From positions 1,376,001 to 1,440,000 of the forward strand of contig CAWEMM010000006.1 in NCBI GenBank assembly GCA_963810095.1: a DNA stretch of 64,000 nt, written 5' to 3'. The DNA comes from an uncultured Chloroflexia bacterium (lineage in GTDB: Bacteria > Chloroflexota > Anaerolineae > CG2-30-64-16). Positions 43,395-54,407 of this stretch are shown here, in pieces. The notes under the pieces were generated by a model. That model saw nothing but the letters and a program-made list of their open reading frames with translations. It was not told where the DNA came from and did no database searches. The translations under genes and the position numbers were made by a program. Each line of letters opens with the position of its first letter. Positions within the stretch are counted from its first letter, which is position 1.

Positions 43395-44776
43395 ATGATG
43401 CACCAACCTACGCGCGACCCCCGGCCGCGTAAGTCCGATCCCACGCTCTTGCTGGCGTTCCTGCTGCCTGTTTTCGCCTGGGCCCCGCTGACCTACCCCG
43501 GCTATTTTGTGTTCCGCAGCGGCTTCCTCCCCATCTTCAACCTGGCCGACCGGCTCGCGCAATTGGGCAATTTCGCCTGGTTGCCCGCCATCGGGACGGG
43601 CTACCACCTGCTGAGCGGGGACGGCGGACTGCCCTACCTGCTGGCGGCGGTGCCGGGCGCGTTGGGCGCGAGCCCGGCGAACGCCGTGAAGCTGCTCTTC
43701 GGGCTGGCGTTCGTGGCAGGCAGCGTGGGAGCTTATGCATGGACCCGGCGGCTGCTGCCCGACGCATGGGCTGCGCTCGTCGCCGCCGCGGCGTACGTGT
43801 TCAGTCCGATCTGGCTGCCCCTCGTGTACGTGCAGGGGGCCCTTGCCGAGGCGGTTTTGCTCGCCCTGCTGCCGTGGGTGTTGTGGGCGGCGGATTGGGC
43901 CGCCGAGGGCCAGCGAGCACGCGTCCTGATTCTCGCGCTGCTTGCAGCGGCGTGCTTGTGGACGCAAAGCGCACTGGCATTGGCGTTCCTGGTCACCGTG
44001 TTCGTCTATTTGCTCGTCCTGCTCGCTGCCCGACAGATTGCGCGGCAGGGGTTGGTGGCAGCTGCAAGCGGCCTGCTGCTGGGCCTGCTGCTCGGTGCGG
44101 TGGGGTGGCTGCCCGTCCTGATTCAACACGGACTGGGTAGGGCCGAGCCATTCGAAGGCTGGCAGTGGGCGGTGCTCCTGGCGCCGTGGGTCGGGCTCCT
44201 GGCCGGCTGGGTTGCGCTGAGGCTCGTCGCGATGCTGCCCCCGGATGCGCCGGGCGTGCGCGGCGCTGCTGCCGAGCGGGCGTCTGCGGAGCGCCACAGC
44301 CTGTTCGCCGCCCTGATCGGACTCCTGCTGTTGAGCATGGCCGGCAACCTGCAGCCTGTCGCGGGCGCTGGCCCGGTCGCGACTGCGCCGCTCGCCGTTT
44401 TCGGCGCGAACGAGATCGCGCTGTTGAGCGTCGAAACGGAAGGGACGCCCGGACCCGGCGGGACCGTCGCGCTCGACGTTGAGTGGCAGGCGCTGAAGCC
44501 GCTGGATCGCGATTACACCGTCTTCTTTCATGTGCTCGCCGCGGACGATCAGCGATACGGGCAGTTGGACACGATGCCGCAGGCGGGCAAGCTCCCCACG
44601 TCGCAGTGGCAGCCGGGCGAGGTGATCCGCGACCGTTACCAGGTGGAAATGGACCCGAAAGCGCCCATCCGCAGCGATTACAGCTACTGGCTCGGCTGGT
44701 ACCTGGGTGAGACGGGGAACGCCTGCCCGCGGTGCAGGCGGGCTCGACCGGCGATAAATTCGTGGTGAAACCGTGA
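43395..44776 (+). CDS. PTPS-related / GT-C-fold membrane protein with C-terminal DUF4832-like beta domain, frameshift near 44716
   Basis: APLTYPGYF, YVQGALAEA, many TM helices, DYTVFFHV, PTSQWQPGEVIRD. A restored G gives GETGERLP...KP*. Confidence 0.75.
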
Positions 44777-44782
44777 TAGGCT

Positions 44783-46716
44783 ATGGTCCCGATGAGCACT
44801 GATTCGATGGCCCGGGCCGGGCGGCGTGCGGAGTGGGTCTATGCGGGCCTCGTACTGCTGTTTGGCTTGGTCGTGATCGCGCCGCTGTTGCAGCCCGGTT
44901 ACTTCTGGGGCGCGCACGACGCACGGCACGACGTCTACTTTATCCAGCAGTACGGCCTCTCGTTCAAAGAAGGCATCCTCTGGCCGCGCTGGTCGCCCGA
45001 CTGGACGTTCGGCTACGGCTATCCGTTCTTCACCATCTACGCGCCCTTGTCCACTTTCGCGGGCGTGTTGTTCAACCAGGTGGCGGGCCTCGGATACGAG
45101 GCAAGCGTCAAGGCGGTGCTGGCGCTCTCGGTGCTCGGCTCCGGGCTGGCGATGTACGGCTTCGTGCGCTCGTGGCTGGGCCGGCGTGCCGGGCTGGTCG
45201 CCGCAGTCGCCTATATGGCGGTGCCGTATCACCTCGTCAACCTGTTTGTGCGGGCGGCCCTGGCCGAGTCGGTGGCGCTCGCCTTCCTGCCGCTGGCCCT
45301 CTGGGCCTTCAGAGAGGCAGTCGTCCGCCCCCGAATCCGGTCCGTCGTCGCGGCGGGGTTGACGTTTGGCGCAATCATGTGGACCAGCAACCTCGTGGCG
45401 CTGGTCTTCACCCCCGGGTTGGCCGCGTACGTCCTCGTGCTGATCTTGCTGGAGGCGCGCGGGCGCCAGGCAGAAGGCCGGAGTTTTCTGCGCAGCCTGT
45501 GGACGCCCGACACGCTGCGCAGCGTCCTGGCGCCCGGGCTTGCGCTCGCGCTGGGGCTCGGCCTCAGCGCGGCCTTCTTCGTCCCCGCGCTGGTCGAGCA
45601 AGGGTCGTACATCAACAAGACGCAGTGGTTCGGCGATTACTACAATCCCGAGCAGCACTTTGTCTACTTCAACCAGTTGTTCGATCCGCGTTGGGGCTTC
45701 GGCATCAGCCAGGCCGGACCGGACGATGCCGCACAGGGCAGCCTGAGCTACCAGTTGGGCGCGGCCGCGACGTTGTTCTCGATTATCGCGCTGGCGCTGA
45801 GCGGGCGCTTTCGGCCGCGCGTGCGGGCCGAGCTGCGCTTCTGGGGCCTCTGGCTGGTCGTTGCGGTCTTCCTGATGCTGCCCGTTTCGGTGCTGGCCTG
45901 GCGCTACGTGCCCATCGTCCCGTACGCGCAGTTCCCATGGCGCTACCTGATGCTGGCGATCCTCCCCCTGAGCATCCTGCCGGGCGCACTGATTGCGCTG
46001 CCCGGGGCTGCCGACCGGCGTCCTTCGACTGCGCTCCCTTCGGTCGCTCCGCTCAGGATGCCGGAGGGTGCGGGTGGCGCGCTGGGGGCGTCTTCCCCGC
46101 CTTCGTGTTGAGCCTTGTGCTGCTGCTCTCCAGCGCGCCCTACCTCCAGGTTGAGATTCGCGAGCCGACGGCCGAGCAAGGCCCGGTGTCGATGGCCGCC
46201 CTGATGCGCTTCCAGCGCACGAGCGACGAGATGACCGGAGTCACCGCCTGGGTGGACCCGGCCCAGCGGCCCATTTGGTCGACGATGGCCGACCTGTGGG
46301 TGCAGGGGCAGGCAGTCACCAGCCGGGTGGACTACTCGCAGGTGCCGCAGAACGAGACGCTGGCGATCAACACGGAAGACGTGGGGACCGCCCACGAACA
46401 GATCTTCTTCTATGCCAAGGACCCCGGCAAGTCGATCACGTTCAATCGCTTCTGGTATCCCGGCTGGACGGCGTGGCTGCTGGATGGGAAGAACGGCCGG
46501 CCGGTGCGCAAGTTGGATTTGCAGCGTGAGGACGGGCCGCTTGCACGCATCGTGGTGCCCATCCCCCAGGGTGAGGGCTACATTTTGCTGCGCTTTGAGG
46601 ATACACCACTGCGGCGGGTGTCCAAGCTGGTGACGCTGGCATTCGTAATTGGCCTGTTGGCAATACTGGCGGTCGCGTACGTGCTGAGGCGCCGCCGGTC
46701 AGGGAGGAGTGCATGA
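44783..46716 (+). CDS. 6-pyruvoyl-tetrahydropterin-synthase-related membrane protein (GT-C-like glycosyltransferase), frameshift near 46080
   Basis: PGYFWGAHDARH, WPRWSPDWTFGYGYPFFTIYAPL, RAALAE, QFPWRYL, FWYPGW. Confidence 0.8.
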
Positions 46717-47285
46717 TCTCAGATAATTTGTGGACCGGTCCCAACCTGCGTCTGACCGGCCTGGAGCGATTCGATGCCCGGGCCTTCTCCATGTGGCACA
46801 ACGATGCGGGCTTTTTGCGGCTGCTCGATGCGGAATATGCGCGCCCCCGCAGCGAGGACGAGTGCGTCAAGTGGTTCGAGGATTGGCAGCGAGACGCGAA
46901 GATGATTGCCTTTGCCGTGCGCCCGCTGGCCGCCGACGACCTGGTTGGCGTCGTGATGCTGGAAAGCATCCTCTTCCAGCACGGGGTCGCATGGTTGGGC
47001 ATGGGCTTTGGCAATCGCGAGCAGTGGGGCAAGGGGTACGGCCGCGAAGCGATGTCGCTCATCCTCCGGTATGCCTTCAGCGAGCTGAATTTCCACCGGG
47101 TGCAAGCCAGCGTGTTCGAATACAACACGCTTTCCATCGGGATGTGCGAGCGGGCGGGGTTCCGGCGTGAGGGTGTGTTTCGAGAGTTCCTGCTGCGCGA
47201 CGGCCGGCGCTACGACATGTACCTTTACGGCGTATTACGTGCAGAGTGGGCGGCCCTGAACGGCGGAGGAGAAGACATTGGCTGA
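46713..47285 (+). CDS. RimJ/RimL-family GNAT acetyltransferase
   Basis: WGKGYGREAM, YAFSELNFHRV, YNTLSI, GFRREGVFRE. Confidence 0.92.
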   Translation: MISDNLWTGPNLRLTGLERFDARAFSMWHNDAGFLRLLDAEYARPRSEDECVKWFEDWQRDAKMIAFAVRPLAADDLVGVVMLESILFQHGVAWLGMGFGNREQWGKGYGREAMSLILRYAFSELNFHRVQASVFEYNTLSIGMCERAGFRREGVFREFLLRDGRRYDMYLYGVLRAEWAALNGGGEDIG

Positions 47286-48090
47286 CGAACGGCCGTTGAT
47301 CCTGTTGACCAACGACGACGGGATTGCTTCGCCCGGGTTGCTGGCGGCAGCGGAGGCGGTGTGCGACCTGGGCGAACTGCTAATTGTCGCGCCCGCCACC
47401 CAACAGACAGGGATGGGTCGCGGCACGCCGCCGATCCTAAACGGGGCGCTGACGGTCGAGACGCTGCGGGTCGGGTGCGAGGACGTCCGTGTGTATGCAT
47501 TGAACGGCTCGCCCGCGCAGACGGTCGTGATTGCGGTGCTTGGCATCGCGGAGCGGCGGCCGGCGCTGGTGGTCTCAGGCATCAACCACGGCGAGAACCT
47601 GGGCACGGCGGTGACCGGGTCGGGCACGGTTGGGGCGGCGCTGCAGGCGGCCGAAATGGGGATTCCGGGCTTGGCCGTATCGCTCGAGGTCGAGAAGGTC
47701 TACCACTACAACCACGCCGAAGACTTGCACTGGAGCGCGGCCGCGCACTTTACGCGCTATTTTGCACAGCGCATGCTGGCCCAGACCATGCCGTTCGACG
47801 TCGACGTGCTCAAGGTGGACGTGCCGGCCGAGGCGACTGCCGAGACGCCCTGGCGTATCACAAGACAGGCGCGGCAGTCGTATTACAAGGTCTATCCGCC
47901 AAAGATGCGTCTGGCGCCCGGGCCGCTGGCAGAGCTCGACTATGGGATCGAGATCGATTGGGATGACCTGCCGCAGGACACGGACGTCTACGTCTTTGCG
48001 CGCGAGCGGGTGGTGTCGGTGACGCCGTTGAGCCAGGATCTGACGTCACGTACGGACGTTGCCGGCCTGGAGCGCCTGCTGCGGGGCTAG
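47278..48090 (+). CDS. surE: 5'/3'-nucleotidase SurE
   Basis: ILLTNDDGI, VAPATQQTG, GSPA, VSGINHGENLG, SGTVGAA, VSVTPL. Confidence 0.95.
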   Translation: MADERPLILLTNDDGIASPGLLAAAEAVCDLGELLIVAPATQQTGMGRGTPPILNGALTVETLRVGCEDVRVYALNGSPAQTVVIAVLGIAERRPALVVSGINHGENLGTAVTGSGTVGAALQAAEMGIPGLAVSLEVEKVYHYNHAEDLHWSAAAHFTRYFAQRMLAQTMPFDVDVLKVDVPAEATAETPWRITRQARQSYYKVYPPKMRLAPGPLAELDYGIEIDWDDLPQDTDVYVFARERVVSVTPLSQDLTSRTDVAGLERLLRG

Positions 48091-48139
48091 TGTTTGGTGG
48101 GCGACCGGCCAGAGCATGACGGGGCAAATGGTGATGTTT

Positions 48140-48435
48140 GTTGGGGGCCGTCTGGCCCCCAACGCCCCCGACGGGGGGCTGCGCCCCCTCGTCCCCCAAA
48201 GGTTAAGGGGACGCGTGGCTTCCGCCAATTGGCCCATTTGAGCGTCCACATGGCGGGGCCAGACGGAAGCGGCTTGCGGGAAACCGGCATTTTGTGGAAG
48301 CACGGTTCTGATGCCGACTGCCGTGAGCGAGTCCGGCTGCTGCCCGCTGTCAACACGGCCGGGGGCGTTGACCTTGGGGGTTTCGGGGGCAAGGCCCCCG
48401 AGGCGGGGGCGGCGGGGCAAGCCTGCCCCCGCCAA
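48140..48435. repeat. Inverted pair of GC-rich repeat units flanking a unique core (REPIN-like)
   Basis: GGGGCTGCGCCCC..CCCCCAAAGGTTAA and the inverted TTGACCTTGGGGG..GGGGGCAAGGCCCCC. Confidence 0.6.
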
Positions 48436-48493
48436 GACAAGATGTAGCAAGGGCGGCGGGGCAAGCCGGCCACAACAGTGAGGTTAATTGACA

Positions 48494-50170
48494 ATGTCGA
48501 AACGTCTGCTTGCATTATTCCTGATTCTTCTAGTCAGCCTGGTCCTGGCTGCGTGCGGCGGGCCGGCCACCCAGCCGCTGAGCTACCGCCCCGCGCCGTG
48601 GCAGAGCGGGGAGGTCAGCCGGTACGACCTGGTGGACCGCGGCGGCGCCACCGTTGGCACGGCCGAGTGGACGTGGCAGCGCGCCGGCGATCAGTGGCGC
48701 CAAGGCTACACCGTGACCGTCAACGGCGTGCCAGACACGGGCGAGGTCGTGCTCGACAACAGCTTGAAGTCGTTGAGCTCGTGGCGCGAGGTGGGCGGCA
48801 AGCGCTTCGATACCACGTACGGCGCGAAGACCATCGAGGTCAAGACGACGGCCGCGGACGGCACGGTCACGACGAAGAGCCTGCCCGCACCGGCCGACGC
48901 AATCGACAACGACGTCTCGCTGCAGATTCAGCGGGCAATGCCGCTGGCGGCGGGCTATGCGACCCGCTACACCGACATTATCCCGACCACGGGCGGCGCG
49001 GCGCCCATCGTTCTGAGCGTCACCGGCGCCGAAACGATCACGGTTCCCGCGGGCACGTTCCCGACGTGGAAGGTCAAGATGGCGGTGGGGTCGACCGCGC
49101 ACGAGGCGTGGTACGCGCAGCAAGCGCCCTACGCGATGGTGAAATACCTCAACTCGGGCTCGGGTGCGCAGTTCGTGCTGACCGGCCTGGCAGGTGCCGC
49201 ATCTGCGACGGCGTCACAGCCGGCGGCCACCCCGGTTCCGGGCGCGGCTGCAGTTGCTGGCGAACCGGGGGCCATGGCGCCCATCAACTGGCTCTACCTC
49301 GCGCTTGTCGTGTTCATCCAATTGCCCTTCCTGCTTGGCTTGCCGATCGTCTTGGGCTGGTGGATCAAGCGGCGGTATGGCATCGGCTGGGGGGTGTTCG
49401 GGTGGGGCGCACTCTCGTTCATCCTGTCGCAGGTCGTCCATATCCCGCTCAACATGGCGCTGGGCCTGATCGGCGCGCCGCCCCGGGGCGTGGCCCTGGC
49501 GTCCCCCTTCGTGCTCGGCCTGGTCGCCGGCCTGAGCGCGGCGGTGTGCGAGGAAGGTATGCGGCTGCTCGTGATCACCGTCTTCGCTAAGAAGATTCGC
49601 GGCTGGCGCCCCAGTTTGCAGTTCGGCGCGGGGCACGGCGGCGCGGAGAGCATCATTCTCGGCCTGCTGGTGGCCGTGAATCTGATCGGCATCCTGGCCT
49701 CGCGCAACCTCGGCGCGATTGGACAAGTGCTGCCCCCCGAGGCAGCCGCACAACTGCAGGCCGCGCAGGCCGCATTCTGGGGCCAGAGCCCCTGGATTCC
49801 ATTCGTCAGCGTGATCGAGCGCATTTCGGCTCTCGCCTTGCAGGTGTCGCTGGCCGTGCTCGTAGTGGCTTCCGTTACGCGGCGCCGGCCGCTCTACTTC
49901 GTCGCCGCGCTTGCGCTGCACACCGTGGTCGATGGTTGGACGATCTGGGCGCAGCCGCTCGGTGTGGCTGCGATCGAAGCCGGGGTGGCGCTGGCGGGAC
50001 TCCTGGCCCTGTGGATTATCTGGCGGCTGCGTGAGCAACCCGCTGCCCTCCAACCCGTATTAACAGGTGAAGCGGGCAGCAGCCCGGTTCCGAACGCAGC
50101 CGACCTGTCCGAGCAGGCGCTTTCACCTGATGAGCTGGCCCGGCGGGCCGAGCGGTCGCGGTACGAGTAA
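48494..50170 (+). CDS. Lipoprotein beta-domain fused to YhfC-family intramembrane protease
   Basis: LAAC lipobox, ETITVPAGTF (DUF3108-like), then AVCEEGMR, GAGHGGAES, IERISA, LHTVVD. Confidence 0.8.
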   Translation: MSKRLLALFLILLVSLVLAACGGPATQPLSYRPAPWQSGEVSRYDLVDRGGATVGTAEWTWQRAGDQWRQGYTVTVNGVPDTGEVVLDNSLKSLSSWREVGGKRFDTTYGAKTIEVKTTAADGTVTTKSLPAPADAIDNDVSLQIQRAMPLAAGYATRYTDIIPTTGGAAPIVLSVTGAETITVPAGTFPTWKVKMAVGSTAHEAWYAQQAPYAMVKYLNSGSGAQFVLTGLAGAASATASQPAATPVPGAAAVAGEPGAMAPINWLYLALVVFIQLPFLLGLPIVLGWWIKRRYGIGWGVFGWGALSFILSQVVHIPLNMALGLIGAPPRGVALASPFVLGLVAGLSAAVCEEGMRLLVITVFAKKIRGWRPSLQFGAGHGGAESIILGLLVAVNLIGILASRNLGAIGQVLPPEAAAQLQAAQAAFWGQSPWIPFVSVIERISALALQVSLAVLVVASVTRRRPLYFVAALALHTVVDGWTIWAQPLGVAAIEAGVALAGLLALWIIWRLREQPAALQPVLTGEAGSSPVPNAADLSEQALSPDELARRAERSRYE

Positions 50171-50181
50171 GCGAGGATTCG

Positions 50182-51150
50182 ATGATTCGCACAGAGGCAT
50201 TATCAAAACACTTCGAGAGCGACGGCCGAACAATCAAGGCCGTCGACGGGCTGGACCTCCAGGTGCAGGAAGGGGAGGTGTTCGGCTTTCTCGGCCCCAA
50301 TGGCGCGGGAAAGACGACCAGCGTCCGCCTGCTGACCAGCCTGATTGCGCCAACGGGCGGCCGCGCCTGGGTCAACGGCCTGCAGTTGGGCGAGGACGAC
50401 GCGAAGATCCGGGCCAGCGTCGGCATTCTGACCGAGTCGCCCGGGCTGTACGAGCGGCTGAGCGCGTTCTATAACCTGCAGATTTTCGGCGAGCTGTACG
50501 GGTGCAAGGACCCGAAGGGGCAGGCCGAGAAGTACCTGCGGCTGCTGGAGTTGTGGGACCGCAAGGACACCGAGGCCGGAACGTTCTCGAAAGGCATGAA
50601 GCAGAAGCTGGCCATCGCGCGGGCGTTGCTCCACGAGCCGCCGGTCGTGTTTCTTGACGAGCCGACCTCGGCGCTTGACCCTGAGTCGGCCAAGACCGTG
50701 CGCGAGTTTATCGAGACGCTGCGCGGACAAGGGCGCACCATCTTCCTCTGCACCCATAACCTGGACGAGGCGGAGCGACTCTGCGACCGGATCGGCGTGT
50801 TCAAGCAGCGGTTGATCGCCGTGGACACGCCCGACGCGCTACGCAAGAAACTCTTTGGCCGCCAGACCGTGATCCACCTGGCGCCGGGCAGCGAAGCGGG
50901 GCGGCTGGCGGGGGCTGTCGAGTGCTTGCCGGGCATCAAGCACGTGGAGACGCTGCCTGCGGCCGACGGCGAATCGCCCAAGCTGGTGATCAGCCTGAAT
51001 GAGCCGGCCCAGCAGAACCCTGCCATCGTGCGCGCCCTTATCGAGCAGGGTGCGGCCATCCAGTTCGTGAATGAGCTTCGGCATTCGTTGGAAGATGTGT
51101 ACCTGAGCCTGATCCACAGCGGTCCGACCGGAGAAGGGGGCGCCAAGTGA
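50182..51150 (+). CDS. ABC transporter ATP-binding protein
   Basis: GPNGAGKTT, FSKGMKQKLAIA, FLDEPT, THNLDEAE. Confidence 0.96.
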   Translation: MIRTEALSKHFESDGRTIKAVDGLDLQVQEGEVFGFLGPNGAGKTTSVRLLTSLIAPTGGRAWVNGLQLGEDDAKIRASVGILTESPGLYERLSAFYNLQIFGELYGCKDPKGQAEKYLRLLELWDRKDTEAGTFSKGMKQKLAIARALLHEPPVVFLDEPTSALDPESAKTVREFIETLRGQGRTIFLCTHNLDEAERLCDRIGVFKQRLIAVDTPDALRKKLFGRQTVIHLAPGSEAGRLAGAVECLPGIKHVETLPAADGESPKLVISLNEPAQQNPAIVRALIEQGAAIQFVNELRHSLEDVYLSLIHSGPTGEGGAK

Positions 51151-51938
51151 GCGCGATAGGCACAGTGGTTAAGAAAGAGTGGATGGAGGTCCGCCGGAAC
51201 AAGCTGGTGCTGTCCGTCGTGCTTTTCATCCCACTGCTGATGACGGCGATTCCGCTCGTGATGATGGGGATTATGGGCCGGGTCGGCGCGAGTGCGAGCG
51301 ATATGGAAGAAATGAGCATGATGCTCAAGAACCCCATCTTCCAGGGCATGAGCCCCAACGAAGCCATCCAGGCAACGTTGGCGTCGAACTTCCTTGTGCT
51401 CTTCCTGATGATGCCGCTAATGGTGCCGGTGACGATCGCTGCCTACAGCATCGTGGGCGAGAAGGTTACTCGCTCGCTCGAACCGCTGCTTGCGACGCCC
51501 ATCAGCACCACCCGGTTGCTGCTGGCAAAGGGGATTGCCGCGGCCGTGCCGGGCATCCTGGGCGCGTGGATCGCCTACGTGGTTTTCCTGATAGGCGCTC
51601 GCTTCCTGGCCGTCAGCGACCAGGTGTTTGCGATCTTTCTGAACCCGATGTGGTTGGTCGCTATGCTGGTGCTGGCGCCCCTGCTGACGATCATGGCGGT
51701 CAACGTTGGCATTATCGTCAGCAGCCGCACGTCAGACCCGCGCGCCGCAGAGCAGCTCGGCAGCCTGATCATCCTGCCGCTGATGGTGCTGTTTCTCGGC
51801 CCGCTGGCCGGCTTCATCCAGCTCAACGTGACCACCTTCATGGTTGCGGCGCTGATTGCCCTGGCGGCCGACGTCGTACTGGTGTATCTGGGCGTGAAGC
51901 TGTTCCAGCGTGAGACGATCCTGACCCGCTGGAAGTAG
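51147..51938 (+). CDS. ABC-2 type transporter permease
   Basis: SIVGEKVTRSLEPLLATPIS, TM helices, KLFQRETIL. Confidence 0.92.
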   Translation: MSAIGTVVKKEWMEVRRNKLVLSVVLFIPLLMTAIPLVMMGIMGRVGASASDMEEMSMMLKNPIFQGMSPNEAIQATLASNFLVLFLMMPLMVPVTIAAYSIVGEKVTRSLEPLLATPISTTRLLLAKGIAAAVPGILGAWIAYVVFLIGARFLAVSDQVFAIFLNPMWLVAMLVLAPLLTIMAVNVGIIVSSRTSDPRAAEQLGSLIILPLMVLFLGPLAGFIQLNVTTFMVAALIALAADVVLVYLGVKLFQRETILTRWK

Positions 51939-51980
51939 GGGCATCGCGCACCCGGCCGCGCATCTCGGCAGTCGATTGAA

Positions 51981-52058
51981 ACACCAAGAACCGAAGAACC
52001 AAAGGTGCACGAAGCCCAAGAGGCTTTGCGGACCTTAGGCTTCTTCGGTTCTTCGTGT
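51981..52058. repeat. Intergenic inverted repeat / terminator
   Basis: ACACCAAGAACCGAAGAA...TTCTTCGGTTCTTCGTGT. Confidence 0.55.
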
Positions 52059-52173
52059 GAACGGCCGTCCGCACAGGGGTCTTGCCCGTGTTGACGATCT
52101 CGGCGAGGGAACTTATGCTTGAGTTCCCTCGTTTTGTTGGCGGGGTTTTTTCCCATTCAGAGGAGGCGGCGTA

Positions 52174-54339
52174 ATGAGCCGTGGCCGTCGGACTTATCTC
52201 TACAGCGTGGCCTTGTTTGGCCTCGTGGCTTCGCTGGTCAGCCTGGTATCCTTCTTGTGGCGGTTTTTCGCCGCCCGCGCCGTGGACCTGCTCGGGGCGT
52301 CGCCCCTGACCGGGGTGCTGGACTCGCCCGCGCTGCCCTGGCTGATACTCTTCCTGCTGACCCTCGCCACGTGGCTCTATCACATCATCGCCGCAAACCG
52401 GGCGGCCCGCCCGCTGACCATGGCCGGGGCCGCCGAACGTGCCGCGCCCGAACGCAAGATGTACCTCTACATGGGGCGGCTGGCTGTTGTGGCGGTCCTG
52501 GCCGGACAGGCCTGGCTGCTGATCCGCCACGTGGCCGTTGCATTTCTCGACAACGGCGTTGCCGGCTTACGGGCGGGCAGCGGGTGGACCTTGGCGCTGG
52601 CCGCGGGGATCGTCGTCGCCCTGGGTTACTACGTCTACCTGCGCGTCGAGGCGAGCCGCGATGGTGACTTGGGTCAGGAGCGGGGCAAGGCGGTGCTTTG
52701 GCGGAGGGCGTACACGTACGCGGCCGCGCTGGCCGGCGCGCTGCTGACATTCCTCGGCGGCGGCGAGTTGATCCGTGCGGGGATCCGGGTCTTGATGACG
52801 CCGCTGAGCCGCGACGTGACGTGGCATGGTCCTGCCGCGGCTGCGCTTGGGGCGCTCGTCGTCGGCTTGCCGCTAAGTGCAGCGGCCTGGGGCGCGGCGA
52901 ACCGGGCCGCGACCATGAACGCGCCCTCGGAGACGAACGCGCTCAGCCGGGTGCTGCTGCGCTACGGCGGCGTGCTGGTGGCGACGCTCGTCACCCTCGT
53001 GGCGTTGGGCTACCTGGTCGAGCAGATCATCCTGACTGCCATCAGCCGGCCGGTCGGAAATGCAGGCCGGGCCTTATTCGGCATGTTCGACTGGACCTGG
53101 GCGCTGGCCTACCTGCCCGTGGCCGCGCTGATGTGGATCAGTTTTTCGGGCGGCGCGCGGACGGATGCGCTCTGGGGTGGTGAGAAGCCGCGCACGGGCG
53201 GCATCCGCCGGGTTGTCCGCTACCTGCTGACGGCGATCTCGCTGGTCGCCTTCTGGTACGGCTTGACGGAGTTCACGCGGCTGATTCTCCAGGTGTTCCT
53301 GGGCGCAGACTCGGCCACGGGCAGCGCGGCCGAATGGGTCCAGCGCTTCGCGACCTCGGCGGCGTTCCTTCTGATTGGCGCGCCGGCGTGGTGGGGTCAC
53401 TGGTGGTCGCAGCAGATGCGCGTGCGTTCGGAGAACTACGAGAGCCGCGGCACAGCCGTGAGCGAACGGGGCTCGCGGGTGCGGCGTGTCTACCTGTGGG
53501 GGGTTCTGCTGGTGGCTGCCGTGGTGGTCGTCGCCGCGTTTGGGTTCGCCGTGGTGCTGGCGTTGAACTGGCGGTCGGCCGGCAACCTCGGCGGGGTGCG
53601 GGCTGCGGTGGCGGGCGCCGTGGCCGCGGCAGTTGTTGCCGCGTTCTGGGCACTCGTCCACGGCCTGGTGTTGAGGAGTGACATGCGTTATCTGTCGCGG
53701 GGCCAAGCCGCCGGCGCTGCGGAGCCCGTCATCGTCGCACCGCTCGTGCCGGCGGCTGCGGCTGCTCCGGCCGGCATCGGGCCTGTCGCAGCGGCCGCGG
53801 CCGTCGCCGGTGTAAGCCGGGCGGCGCCGGGCGGGACGCAGCCCCAGCCCCTTGCCGAGAGCCGCGAGTATCGCCGGGAAGACCTGGCGCCGCTGGCCGC
53901 GCAGGCGGGTTTGGACGTCGTGGCAGGAGGGGCAACACCCGCCCTGGTCATCCTGGACGGTGCCGATGGCGCGCTGGGCGCGCAGCTGACAGCAGCGCTT
54001 CGTTCCGCATTCCCGACCGCAGCGCTCTGGCCGGTGGGGTTGAACGAGGTGGCGCACATGGCTATGCTGGGCGCGCTGGGCCAGGAGCCGCCCGTCCTGC
54101 CCGACGATGCCTTCGACCGGGCCGCGGGCATCCTTGCGCCGTCGGACGTGCTGATCCCCGGTGCGTTGGATGGGCAGGTCACTGCCGAACTGGTCGAGGC
54201 GCTCGCGCGGACCACCGCCCGGATCATGCTGCTGCCCCCGCACGACGCCCGGCTGCGCTGGGTGGCCGCGCCGAATTGGCCGGTGGAGCGCTGGGTGGAA
54301 AACGCGGTGATCGAAGCGGGAAACGTGCTTGGGGCGTAA
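52174..54339 (+). CDS. Multi-pass membrane protein with repeated DUF5671-like units
   Basis: Repeating RRxYLY...W.GHW units, and a C-terminal soluble domain. Confidence 0.75.
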   Translation: MSRGRRTYLYSVALFGLVASLVSLVSFLWRFFAARAVDLLGASPLTGVLDSPALPWLILFLLTLATWLYHIIAANRAARPLTMAGAAERAAPERKMYLYMGRLAVVAVLAGQAWLLIRHVAVAFLDNGVAGLRAGSGWTLALAAGIVVALGYYVYLRVEASRDGDLGQERGKAVLWRRAYTYAAALAGALLTFLGGGELIRAGIRVLMTPLSRDVTWHGPAAAALGALVVGLPLSAAAWGAANRAATMNAPSETNALSRVLLRYGGVLVATLVTLVALGYLVEQIILTAISRPVGNAGRALFGMFDWTWALAYLPVAALMWISFSGGARTDALWGGEKPRTGGIRRVVRYLLTAISLVAFWYGLTEFTRLILQVFLGADSATGSAAEWVQRFATSAAFLLIGAPAWWGHWWSQQMRVRSENYESRGTAVSERGSRVRRVYLWGVLLVAAVVVVAAFGFAVVLALNWRSAGNLGGVRAAVAGAVAAAVVAAFWALVHGLVLRSDMRYLSRGQAAGAAEPVIVAPLVPAAAAAPAGIGPVAAAAAVAGVSRAAPGGTQPQPLAESREYRREDLAPLAAQAGLDVVAGGATPALVILDGADGALGAQLTAALRSAFPTAALWPVGLNEVAHMAMLGALGQEPPVLPDDAFDRAAGILAPSDVLIPGALDGQVTAELVEALARTTARIMLLPPHDARLRWVAAPNWPVERWVENAVIEAGNVLGA

Positions 54340-54407
54340 CGAGAAATGACAAGGGCGAGGCATTGCGGCCTGCACTGCTCGCAGCGCAGGCCGCAATGCC
54401 TACGCCC

